A stretch of 64,000 nt of DNA from Guillardia theta CCMP2712. Lineage: Eukaryota > Protista > Cryptophyta. Position numbers and translations under genes: made by a program. The stretch spans positions 325,113 to 389,112 of the forward strand of contig NW_005434641.1 in assembly GCF_000315625.1 (NCBI RefSeq). Reading direction: 5' to 3'. Below the pieces are notes generated by a model. The model worked only from the letters and a program-made list of their open reading frames with translations, was not told the origin of the DNA and ran no database searches. Shown piece by piece: positions 10,001 through 20,962 of the stretch; the first letter of the stretch is position 1, and every line of letters starts with the position of its first letter.

Positions 10001-13000
10001 GAACGAGAAGGATGGAGGAGAACGAGAAGGATGGAGGAGACGTAATACAAGGGAGTGGAGAGGAGGGAGCAGCAATGGTCGGACCTTATCCACGGGCTTG
10101 AGGTTGAAAACTTGAGCCCCCACCGGCTGTTGGACGAAGGGGAAGTTTTGGTCAGCGATGGTGGGGAAGCCGAACCGGCCGGCGAAGGAGGAGGGGATGT
10201 AGAGCTGGTGCGAGAACCGGGCGAGGTAGGAGCTGCCAGTGAGCTGGGCGACCTCGGGGGTGGAAGGGGTGAAGAGGGCGCGGTAGGGGAGATGGAGGAG
10301 GAAGTTGATGGAGGAGAAGGACCAGGAGATGGTCAGTGGCCAGTACTTGTAGAGCTCGTAGCGCGAGAAGATGTCGACGAAAGTGCAGGGCAGGGTCTCC
10401 GTCGTCTGGCAGGGGCGATCCGTGACCTTCCAGCTGGGCGTCAGGCGAGTTGACAGGCGGGGACGAGGTGAGGGGCGATGAGAGTGAGGGGGTTGAGGGG
10501 GTGAGAAGAGAGGAGGGAGAGGGGGTGGGACGGGGGTGGGGTGTAGAGGAGGAAGAGTCCAGCAGAGGTTCACCTGTGCAAAGCGGATGGTTCCCTCGGC
10601 TGTCCCCATCATCGTGCTCTTCCTCCCGGGTCGCCTCAGGTCGCCGCAGCTCGAGATGCTCAGCACGATTCTCTCGCCGCTCACGCTGATCCTGACGCGG
10701 CACCTGAGCTGCTCCGCCTGCTCCTGCACCGCAAACGTCGTGAAGCCTTCGGGGGTCGAGAGCAGGGTGGAGCAGGAGGTGAACAGCGAGCAGCTGCCTG
10801 CTGGGTTGTAGCTGAAGAAGCTGCAGATGGCACGGCTGGCACAGGCTCGCATGCAGTCGTCCAAGGTGGAGGAGGAGACAGTGGTCACGAATCCTTGCCC
10901 GGAGCAGATCCCCTCTCCCTGCTTCTCTGCCAGCCCCAGCTCCCGCCCGTAGACCTCCGTCTCTCCCTCCCAGTTGCCCTGCAGCAAGGTGGTGCTCTCC
11001 TCGTAGGAGGTGAAGAAATGCTCGTTGACGAACCTAGGCTCTCTCACTCCTCCTCCCCCGAACTGGCAGGGCCCAGCGCTTGCATCCTTGCTGACATCAT
11101 CGAACTTGAGCATGAGAGACCGCGGGTCCGGCGGTGCTGGGGTGGGGGTGGTGGTGTTGAGGAGGAGGGAGGAGTCCGTTGGCTCTGCTGGGGTGCTGGT
11201 GAGCGGGGCGGGAGGAGGGAGCCAGTCGAAGGATGAGTTCTGCAACGAGGGGATGTTGGACTGGTTGACCGAGAAGGCGATCTCGAGGGGCGGAGCTCGC
11301 ATCCTGCCAGAAGTGAAGACTTCGTCCTTCACGAAGTTGTACTGGACCCTACAAGGGTTGGCGATCTAGAGGAAGCCAAAATCAGATGCCAAGGAGGCGA
11401 AGAGGAGGAGGAGGAGGAGGAGGAGGAGGAGGAGGAGGAGGAGGAGGAGGAGGAGGAGGAGGAGGAGGAGGAGGAGGAGGAGGAGGAAGAGGAGGAGAAA
11501 TAGGCTTGAGGGACGACGGTTTGCAAGAAGGTGAGAGGAGCAATTATCAGAGATCTTCGAGCAACTAAAGTTGGTGGAAGAAAGAAGAGGTGAGGGGGAG
11601 GAGACCTTGAGTGTGGGGATTGACGTCTTGGTGTAAACGCAGGGAGTACATCGAGATGCTTTTAGGTAGCCGGGAAAATCATCCCTCATCGCTGTCTCAT
11701 CGTAGACAGCGATCGATTCCCCTTTCTGCTGCATTCGTCACCCTCGCAACACCCCCAACCCTGCTCCTTCCTCCCTCCTGCTTTCGCTATTTTGTCTCCT
11801 GCTCCTCTTCCTGCTCCTGCTCCTGCTCGTTCCACCACTACCACCATCACCACCTCCTCCTCCTCACCTTCAAGAACGACAGGTAGATATTCAAGTAGAT
11901 CCAGTCGCCTTCAGGAGGAGCCATGCGCCAGGTACACGAGGAGCTGTAAGAGCGAAACCCTACGGGGGTCTGAATGAGCCCCGAGAGGTTTGTTAGGGTC
12001 AGCGGGGAGGAGGAGGAGGAGCAGAGGCACTGAAAGGAGTTGGTGAGGAGGTGAATCTGATCATTCTGCGAGTCGCTCCTCCTTCCATCCCTGAAGATAG
12101 ACGGGAAGAAAGTCTTCCTGCCTGCCAGCCTCCCGACCACGTTGAAGTCCATGCTCCCGATCATGGCAGGGAGCTCCGTCCCCAGCAGCTTCCTCCTCTG
12201 CATCAGTGCGAGGAAGGAGCCCTGGGTCTGGAGGTACTGCAGGAAGTCGTTTCCAGAGCTCGTGGAGCACACGCTGGGGGAGGCAGCACTGCAGGTGTAT
12301 CCCTCCTCTATCGTGCAACTCTGCGAGCATCCGTCGCCGCTCCTGATGTTCCCGTCGTCGCACTCCTCCAGCAGATGCCACCTGCCTGCCCCGTCCTCCA
12401 CGATCTTCTCGGCATCGCACAGCTTGACCCCCCCGAACAACTCCAGCCAGCAAGAGGACGAGCGCGTCTCTCTCACCCCGTTCCCGCACCGGTCGACGTT
12501 GGAGGTGGGAGCTGGGGTCGTGACGATGATAGCTTCCGTCGTCGCCTCCGCTGCCGTTGCCGTGGTCTTGGCGGACGTGGTAGCAACGAGCGCAGTGGTG
12601 GCCGGCCGCGTAGTAGGAGCAGCTGTCGGTTGAACCACCTCCGTCCTGCCGTTGGACATGCACTGAGGAGGAAGCAGCCCCTGGCTGATGAGCACAGGGC
12701 AGGCGATGCAGCAGCTTCCTCCCACGCACTCCGTTCCTGTCCCGACCGTGAGGGTGGAGAAAGAGAGCTGGACTGTCGTCCCGACGAAGCAGGAGGTGCA
12801 TGCTGTTGCCCCGACGAGGTTGTTGTAGGAGCCGATGGGGCAGGGCTGGCAGTACTTGGAGCCGAAGAGCCCTGCTGTACAAGGAGGGCACTTGCTGAAG
12901 CTGAGCTGACGAGCAATGATCCCTTCCGCACACAGGATGCCGTCGCTCGTCCGTGTCTGCCCGACGTCTGCTGGGATGCATTCCAGCTGATCAAGGTAGG

Positions 13001-15623
13001 CACAGTAGATAGGCTGCAGGTAGTCCTCGAGCAGGAAGGACCGATTGGCCAGGATCACACCCCGCTGAGAGTAAGAGGAGGAGGAGGAGGAGGAGGAGGA
13101 GGAGGAGGAGGAGGAGGAGGAGGAGTTTACAGTGGCATACAGCACCATGTTGTAGAGTCCCATACCAGCAGAGGAGGACATGAGCATTCTGGAGCCTTTG
13201 GGGACGGCGTCAGGACCGATGGTCTTGCCGAGGAAGTAATTGGTGGCTGACGTGTAGGACCAGTCGAGCTGCCGGTCGCTGCCCTTGAAGATGCCGACCA
13301 TGTCCGAGCTGGAGGCGAAGGAGGGAGGCTGCATATCCCACTCGACCTGGAACGAGAGGAACATCCCGTTCCTGTACACGCGCTCCAGGTGCAGGTCTAC
13401 CTTGTAGCACAGCTCAGCCTTGTCGCTGCCTTCCTCGTAGGTGGTGAAGCCAGGGGGGCAGGAAAAGCAGGAGGTCTGCCCGCTGCTGTTGGCGTAGGAG
13501 GCTTGAGGGCATGGCTGACAGGGCTGGGCTGAGGTGACGGAGAAGGTGCCCTGGGCGCACACCTGGATGCACTGGTCGATACTCGAGGAGGCGAAGGGGC
13601 ATGAGAACTTGGCGGAAGGGCAGGAGGAGCAGGAGTAGGAGGAGGGAACTTCGACGGTGACGTTGGAGTTGTAGAAGATGAAAGGAGGGATAGCATTCTT
13701 GATCCCGTACTGCGAGAGCCCGTAGGAGCCCGGGGAGCAGACGGCATGGGACGAGTAAGAGTTCCACGTGATGGAAAATCCTGCTCTCCCGGCCATGTTC
13801 GACTCCACTCGGATGGCGACGTCCTGCTGTCGATTGCACTGGGACACCAGGCGGAGTTCAACGACCTCTGAGGAGGAGAAGTTGGACGAGGTAAAGAATC
13901 TCAGCTCCTCCCCCTTGCGGACATCGGAGGAGGAGAGCGGGCAGTCGGCGTCCTGCGGGCAAGGCTTACCAGTGGCGGAGGCTATCCAGCTGCCCTTGGA
14001 GTCAGCGGCGACTGGAAGAGCCTCGGAGATGGATAGGAAGTCCAACTCGGAGAGACTTCCTTCCATTGTCAGCCTCATGACTACGAGGAGAAGCGAGTCA
14101 GGAGCAAGGTAGGAAGAAAGGTTGCTCACCGATCATCCTGGGAGAGCCGTAGGGTTTCAGAACCCAGCTCCTGCTCTCCGTCCCTGAGCTCGTGTGCGAG
14201 TAGGCAACCAGCTGCGCTCCTACATGTGTCTCCCCATCCCCGACTTCGCTCGGCCACTGCTCGAACGTCGGGGCCACGAAACTTGCCCGGAGGCTGCTGG
14301 GCAGGGGAGCTGGGGAGGGAAGACTCTCTATCTTTCTGACGCGCGCCTTGGGGTACGAGGAAGGGTCGTCGAGGCTCCTCCGGGCTGCTGCTCCTCCATC
14401 GCACTGACCTAGTGACACTTTGGCCTGAAGCAGTTCTGTGAAGTTGCTGATCGACTGCACCTCTATCGTCACCCTACAAGTCTTGCCCGCGAAGCTAACG
14501 GTGCTCTGCCATAGCCCGGAGGAGAACCCTCCCTGAACGAGCTTGGGGACATAGAGCTCTGAATCGTACCAAGACATCGCCTGCCCCTGGGGTTGCAAGA
14601 CTACCTCGTCCCACAGCCGCGGATCCTTGAAGCAAGAGTAAGCACAGGAGACGGGACAAGCATCGCAGGCCCCGTCGTTGACGCAGTAGAACGCATTCAG
14701 CGCTCCTTGCGCGTACGTCTGACAATCTCCATACCCGATGTTGAAGGAGGTTGAATCTTGACCAGCCACAGCTACAACCTTCCCATTGGGCACCAGCAGC
14801 GTGAGTTGCCGCGAGCAACCAGTCTTGACTCCCACGACTCTCACCACGTGAAGCTCGTCAGTTCCTGTTGCAAGAGAGGTGAGGTGAGTGCAGGAGGTGA
14901 GGGGAGAGAGGGGGAGGAGGGGAGGAGGGGAGTGGAGGGGAGTGGAGGAGAGGAGAGGAGAGGAGGGGAGGGGAGAGGAGAGGAGAGGAGAGGAAAGGAG
15001 GAAAGAAGAGGAGAGGAGAGGAGGAGGGGAGGGTGTGAGTTCATCGAGTATGCACCTGTCAGGGTGGTGAACTGAATGTAGGACAGGCTGGACCCGGCCT
15101 GCACTTGGAAGTTGCCGCTGCGAGCGAGGGAGGGGCACGCTTCATCTAGTTTCTGCTGCGCAGAGGCGTCGGGAGTCGACGACGACAAGGACGCGACTTG
15201 CTGGCTCTCGGTGAAATGGGACCCTCTCAGCTCCAGCCTGTAGTAGCAGAAGGAGGAGTTGTCGGGCAGTAGCTGCATCCCTTCGAACGTTCCTTGCAGG
15301 TACCGCACCTCCTGTGTGGGTTCGGCAGGACACCTGTCCTGAGGGCAGGAGCCAGTGAAGCTCGCGTCGTTGCAGGAGCAATCGCTGCATGGCTTGCATA
15401 TCCCGCACACGTAGAACCACCCGGCCCCTCCTCTGCAAAACTCCCACTTACAGAATTGCGAGACCCCACAGTCGGCGTGCACGGAGCACGTGGGGGAGGC
15501 GAACCAGACGCTGGGGGTAGCGAGACCCGCAAGCTCAGGGTAGAACCTGCCCGTCGGTCGCTGTGCATCCCCTGCGACCGTCATGACGGCTGCGAGGAAG
15601 AGAAGCTGCCGCCATGGAGGCAT
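7051..15623 (-). CDS. Large multi-exon cysteine-rich type I membrane protein (ephrin-receptor-like/GCC2-GCC3 repeats, myxobacterial Cys-rich repeat, CUB-like, PAN/apple-like, EGF-like, TM)
   Basis: Signal peptide MPPWRQLLFLAAVMTVAG; CQPCPQASYANSSGQTSCFSCPPGFTT; CGNG...EECDDGNIRSGDGCSQSCTIEEGYTC; SSSCTWRMAPPEGDWIYLNI; DDCMRACASRAICSFFSY; CTCNSGLTGQLCE; TM LIASLAAAGGFVLLSIAVF followed by a Pro/Ser-rich tail. Spans a gap at 8464-8563 and could be more than one gene. Confidence 0.65.
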
Positions 15624-15649
15624 CGTAGGCCATCAAACTGCGGGAGTAC

Positions 15650-16000
15650 CCGGTGAAACCATGGGGGTAGGGTGATACAGAACCGGTGATCTGTCAGAGC
15701 TTTGAATGGCATAAAGGGGGTGGGGGTAAGGAAATCGGGGGGTAGTGACCGGTCGGGTGAAGAGGTACGGCAAGGTACCCAGAATGACCAATGGACCACT
15801 TCCCCGCACTGACCAAATGATGTTGAGTTGACTAAAATTAAAAGATTATTCATTTCTATTGACTAAAATAATTCCCTACCTTCCAGGTCTCGTGGTAAAT
15901 AGGACCCCAACACATCACTACCCTACCCCCAAATTTGTGGAAGAATACCCGGTATTCATAGAGGCGATTGGATACCCCTACCGCCCCCTCTGTGCAAGGA
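15650..16000. promoter_or_regulatory. Putative divergent promoter with ACCCC/GGGGT clusters and two TTGACTAAAAT boxes
   Basis: Lies between two divergent genes; boxes at 15828-15838 and 15859-15869. Confidence 0.45.
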
Positions 16001-16056
16001 AAGCGCTAGAATGGTGTTCGATTCCAAGGGAACAAAGGCAATGTGCAGCCCCGGCT

Positions 16057-16093
<37 letters not shown>

Positions 16094-16277
16094 ATTCTGA
16101 TCCTCCTGCAGTCATTTTCTTCCTCCTCTCTTATCCCGTCCCCCTTGCTCAGTGTGAGCCCTTCCTCGTCGTGATGACTATTACTGCATCATCCTATTAC
16201 CTGAAGCCTCCCCGGCCACTGTGTCTCTGTCGATAGGTTCGGAACAGTTAGTTCTGACGACTCTGCGTTCGTGGCAG

Positions 16278-17356
16278 GTGTTTGTCGGGAACCTTCCTCC
16301 TGATGCTGAGGGAAGGGACCTCCAAGACTTCTTCCGCAAGTATGGGCAGATCAACGACGCCTGGGTTGCTCGCAAACCCCCTGGCTTTGGATTCGTCTGG
16401 TTTGACGACGACCGAGATGCGGTGCACCTCCCTTATCCAGTCGAATCGCCCTCAGCTACTCCTGCAAACTGACCCGAGCGTGTTTTCGCCGACGCGTCAC
16501 CTCTGCTTTCGTGTTGCCTCTTGAGTGTCTGCCCTGCCGTCATCACGACACTGCGCGCCGTACGCCTGCGTCCGTTTCTCGACGCTTCGTGCACATATGA
16601 ACCGTCTCTGCTTCCTCTGTATGGCTACGAAGCCGCCACACTCGTGCATACTGCGCTCGTCATGTTCATCCACATGTGTCTTCAGTCGATCTCTTCTCTT
16701 CATAAAAGGTGTTGAAGCGATGTGCATGCAAGACGAGCTGTTTCTTCCCGTGTATGGAAACTAGAGGGAAATTTCCTGACATCTTGGCGCAGAGGGATGC
16801 CTGTCAGGACCTGGACGGAACCGATCTGATGGGAAATCGAGTCAGGTTCAACTCAACCTTGATCTTGCTTGTCTCTACTCACCTCTGCCTCCCTTGAACA
16901 GGGTGGAGATCAGCACGGGTCGACGCCGCGATGACAGGGGATACGGTCGAGGCTCGCCACGTCGTTATGGAAGGTGTCACCTAGCCCTGCCATCCTCGTT
17001 CTGCATGCTCATCGCTTGACGCCAGATCTCCATCGCCTCGGCGCTATGGCAGGTGGACGCTAGGGGGATTGAGGAGGTGAAAGTGACGATGGTTCAGGTC
17101 TCCTTCTCCTCGTAGAGACAGGTCTCGCGATCGCGATCGCTCCCCCCGGCGATCCCCTGTGAGTAGCTGCAGGATGCGCGTGCTCTCCTTGACGGCTGGT
17201 CCTTAGGTTCGTGAGAAGCGTGAGAGGAGCAGGAGTCCGGCGGATGAAGGCAGGAAGTAAGTGGTCGCATGTCAACGGATGATGTGCCTTCCTGACTTTG
17301 GACTCTTTCAAAGATCTCCAAGAGGTTCACCCAGACGCGAGCGAGAGTGGAGTTAG
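16278..17356 (+). CDS. SR-family splicing factor, SRSF3/SRSF7-like (one RRM plus RS domain); first exon/start not located
   Basis: VFVGNLPP..DAWVARKPPGFGFVWFDDDRDA|RDACQDLDGTDLMGNRVR|VEISTGRRR followed by short RSP/RS-rich exons. Confidence 0.88.
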
Positions 17357-17735
17357 ACGCTACCGACGCCTGTCAGAAGCAGAGGCTCAATCGATGTCTA
17401 GATCACGATGTGTAGGACCCTGTTGAGTAGCAACATAGTTTAATGAATGGTTCTTTTGAAATCTTTTTGCTTTCCGTCTTGGTCCTCGAGCTTTTCTGAA
17501 TGTTGTCATGCTCTTGTACATGTCCTGCAATCACCGACTCGATTGCAATCGTTGCACCCAAGTCAAAAAGGATTTCACAGCTCTACCCCTGTCTCTCATA
17601 GCTCGGCGACTTTGACTAGAGATCAAGAGATCTTTGTCCTCTTTCTGCAAGCTCCCAGCATACAAAGAAAGCCATATCGACCAGCATACAAACAAAGCCA
17701 TATTCACAGATTCTCAGGTGCACATGTGTCAAGTT

Positions 17736-18441
17736 TTAAGCCTCCGCCTCCCCCATCTCCACGTCTCCCGGGCTCACAGGAGGCAAAGGCAGAGGGCTAG
17801 TACCAGAAAGAGCCATCTGCTCTAGCTGATCATCATCGTCATCCAAGTTCGCCTTCATCTCCTCGGCAAGGTGCAGCAACAACAGCATCTGCTTCTTTCT
17901 CAGCTCCATCTTCTGGTGCCTGCAGGAAAAGATCAGAATCACGGGTGGAACGTCAGGGTGTCAAGGGGCATTACTGTGCTGAAGTTTGCTCCTCTAGCCG
18001 GAGGAGTTGGTCTTGTAACTCGGTCTTATCCTTCTCTGTTTGCTTTCGAGAAGGAAGATGCTCAACAGTCTTGGCCAGCACGGTGTACTCCTCCTTGTTC
18101 TTGCGGACTATGCGCTCGTGGGCCACACGCTCCTTCAGCTTCTCGATCTCAGCAGACGTCTTCTCCATCTCACTCTGGAGGTCGGCCTGCAGAGACTTGT
18201 ACGCCTGAACTTCACGCAAGCTCGTGTCAGCCACCACCTGGATCTTGGACATTCCGAATTCATAGAGCGCCAGGTCCTTGAGGAACTGCTTGTGTGCAGC
18301 CTCTATCTCCTCCGATGTTCCCTCCTCAAGTAGCGACGCGAGCTTCAGGATCTGCTGCAGCAGCTTGCGCGGCCTCGCTCCGTTGGCGCCATCGAACTTC
18401 GAGTGTCGCATGCGAGCGCCCAGCACCCGCGCCTCGCTCAT
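17736..18441 (-). CDS. THOC7: THO complex subunit 7 (THOC7/Mft1)
   Basis: Coiled coil with FLKDLALYEFGMSK..REVQAY..ERIVRKNKEEYTVLAK..LPSRKQT and second exon MELRKKQMLLLLH, typical of THOC7. Confidence 0.88.
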
Positions 18442-18602
18442 GCTGCCCGCCTTCAACCCCACCCCACCCCACCCTCCAATCCTACCACCCCATCGTCGGA
18501 TGAGAACAGGGGGTAGTCAACACGAATGGTGGGGGTCAAGTGTACCTTTATTTGATTAACTAAAACTGCAAGGTCGGGGTGGGTCCAGTGGCCTTTGAGG
18601 AG
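18442..18602. promoter_or_regulatory. Compact (161 bp) bidirectional promoter THOC7 / TMEM43-like
   Basis: Lies between two divergent ATGs; contains ACCCC/GGGGT clusters and TTAACTAAAAC at 18556-18566. Confidence 0.5.
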
Positions 18603-19673
18603 ATGGCGAGTTTGAGGGCAGGAGGCGGCGGGTGGAGGATGCGATGGCAGGCGCTGGTCGTCCTCTCCTTCCTGTGCGGTACCCAGGTATCAGAGAGCAG
18701 GAGCCTGGGCCCGAGACATCCCTTCCAAAGGTGGCTGCACAGGTGAGCTCAGAGGGGAGGAGGACGATCCTGACTGGAGTTGTCCTAGCCACCTGCAGGA
18801 CTTCGGCAAGAGAGTATCTGCAGGGAGAGCTGGAGGACCAGGACAAGATGGGTTGATGTATCATAGAACTTCTAAGTTGGCGAAGAGCGACATGTTGGAA
18901 GCGGCTGGCTCAATGAAGCAGGACGTCAACGCTTCTGAGTGAGTTTGTGTTGGGCAAACGGAGTGCTCGGTAAGTATCGTGGCAGGGGGATGATTCCGAT
19001 CGACGTCACGTCCAATGTTTATATGGACCAGGGGGAGTTCGAAAGGAAATCGGAAGAGTGGATGAAAAACAACCAAGCAAGCGTACAGTCTGACATGCAA
19101 TGGATCCTCTTCGGTTGCTTCCTGTTCGCGATAGGCACAGGTGTCCTGGTGTATAGCGAAGTTCGATACGTGCTCATGACTCGCGAATATGACCTTTGTG
19201 TACAAATCTCGAAGCCCATTGATGAATCCCTGTCTGCTCAGATGAGCGCTACTCAGAAAGTGCGGACGTACCTCAGCATTGGCGCGATTCTTGGGACAGT
19301 GGTGTCATTGTGGATCATTCTCTTTCCCTTGTGCCATCTCGCTACGGGGATGTTGTCGTCAATGGGTTATGCCTTTCAAGGTTGCTATGAGCTTGCGTTC
19401 ATGGTGGCGTTTGTCGTTGCGGCCGTGTGGTCTCTCTTTGTGATCGGGTGCTGCTGGATCTGCACTAGGCCCTGGACGGCCATCTTCTGCCTGATCGTCT
19501 CGTTTGTCGGCGAAGCTTCTCTGGAGACAGGACAGGCACCAGCTGTGCTCATGTGGATCCTTGCTTCGCTGCTGTCCGCATACATCTTCTTCACCTGGGC
19601 TCGAGTAATTCTCAACGAGGACCCGAAGCCGGATCCCGAGAGGAGCAAGCTTGTGTCGCAGGCAAAGGTTTAA
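18603..19673 (+). CDS. TMEM43 (LUMA/DUF1625)-like multipass membrane protein lacking the large lumenal domain
   Basis: ILFGCFLFAIGTGVLVYSEVRYV resembles TMEM43 TM1 (..NEGR); AFMVAFVVAAVWSLFVIGCCWICTRPW resembles the C-terminal W..RP motif. Short 5' exons begin MASLRAGG. Confidence 0.55.
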
Positions 19674-20876
19674 AACTCAGTGACGCGGACATGGGATAGA
19701 ATTGTGTTATAATGAATATTCTTGCAACGACGAGGCCCTGTGGTCAGCGACAGTGAACTATCGAGTGAGAGCTGCGACACAATCCTGTAATGCACGTCAA
19801 ACAAAACTCGAAATATAGCAACGAGCACGACCAATCCTTCCTTGAGCGACTTGAGGGCCAACGGCAACTGATTCTTGATGATCACGGATCTGGTTGCACG
19901 AGTTAGGCCTCGAAGCAATCCTCCCTTCGAGCCTTACTTGGGCTTACGAGGTTGGAACAGTCCGGCCGGAGCACCAAGAAAGACCAAACCGTCTTCTGTC
20001 AACATGATCCTGGCTCCATAGACTGCAAGATCACCGTCATTGCAAACACGTTTCAGCGCGTCCTCCGCTACCTGTATTCTGAATCTCCATGTACGGTTTT
20101 GTTCCGTCGTCCCACACGGTCCACTCATGGAAGTCCAGCCATTCAGCCAACAGGCTCCTTGAGCGCGTCTCATTCTGAAGTGCCTCGAGACTTTTAGGTA
20201 GAGGAAGAGAGCTTGCGTGAGTCACGCTCAACAACAACATGAAAAACTCACACATCCGGGGCCAAAAAGCCATCTTCAGCATCCCAGTGTATCAAGTTGT
20301 TGCGGACTAGAGGGATAGGCGAAATGAAAGGGATCGGCTCTCCACTGATTGAGACCCATGTCCCGTTACCTTCAGCTCCATGTCAGCAAAGTGACAACCA
20401 GATCAGTCCAACACGTACTGTTGTCGTGTTCGATGATTCTCACACTGTTTCAAATCAAATCAAAATTGATAAAAGGCTTGATGGGACAGAACACTCACTG
20501 GTTTGTACAACTGTTGAGCTCAAGCGCTGTCCCTAAGGTCTACCATGCATCATTTCAATGGCTTGCACGCACTTGCAACGTACCCGGTGTCGGAACAAGG
20601 CAACATTCCCAGAGCTCCTAGTGGTCAGGTAGTGATAGTCCCACAAGTCACCCACTCGTCCGGAATCTACAGCCATGTTGGCATGCATCAGGCACATGGC
20701 GGCATCAGCTTTAATCCCCTCCCTTCACCTCTCAGGCTCAACTTGTGTCCGAACTTGTCCAAGGCTCCTCCTCGCACTCTGAGGCACAGCGAAGTCGAGA
20801 AGTGTTCTGACAAGCGAGCAGCACCAAAGAGCGGGATGAAGCAGGCGAGCAGCAGGCTGAAGTCTCTTATTCTCAT
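19670..20876 (-). CDS. Hypothetical multi-exon protein with signal peptide and LRVRGG motif
   Basis: MRIRDFSLLLACFIPLFGA...SLCLRVRGGALDK; the frame can be carried through successive short GT-AG introns (DSGRVGDLWDYHY.., GTWVSISGEPIPF.., EWLDFHEWTVWDDG.., VYGARIMLTEDG). 3' end uncertain. Confidence 0.55.
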
Positions 20877-20962
20877 CGTTTCCTCAAAGGGTTTTCAGCT
20901 ATCCCATCTCTCCCTCTCCCTCTCCCTCTCCTCCTCTGCGCTTCTGCGATCCTCCCATTGTC

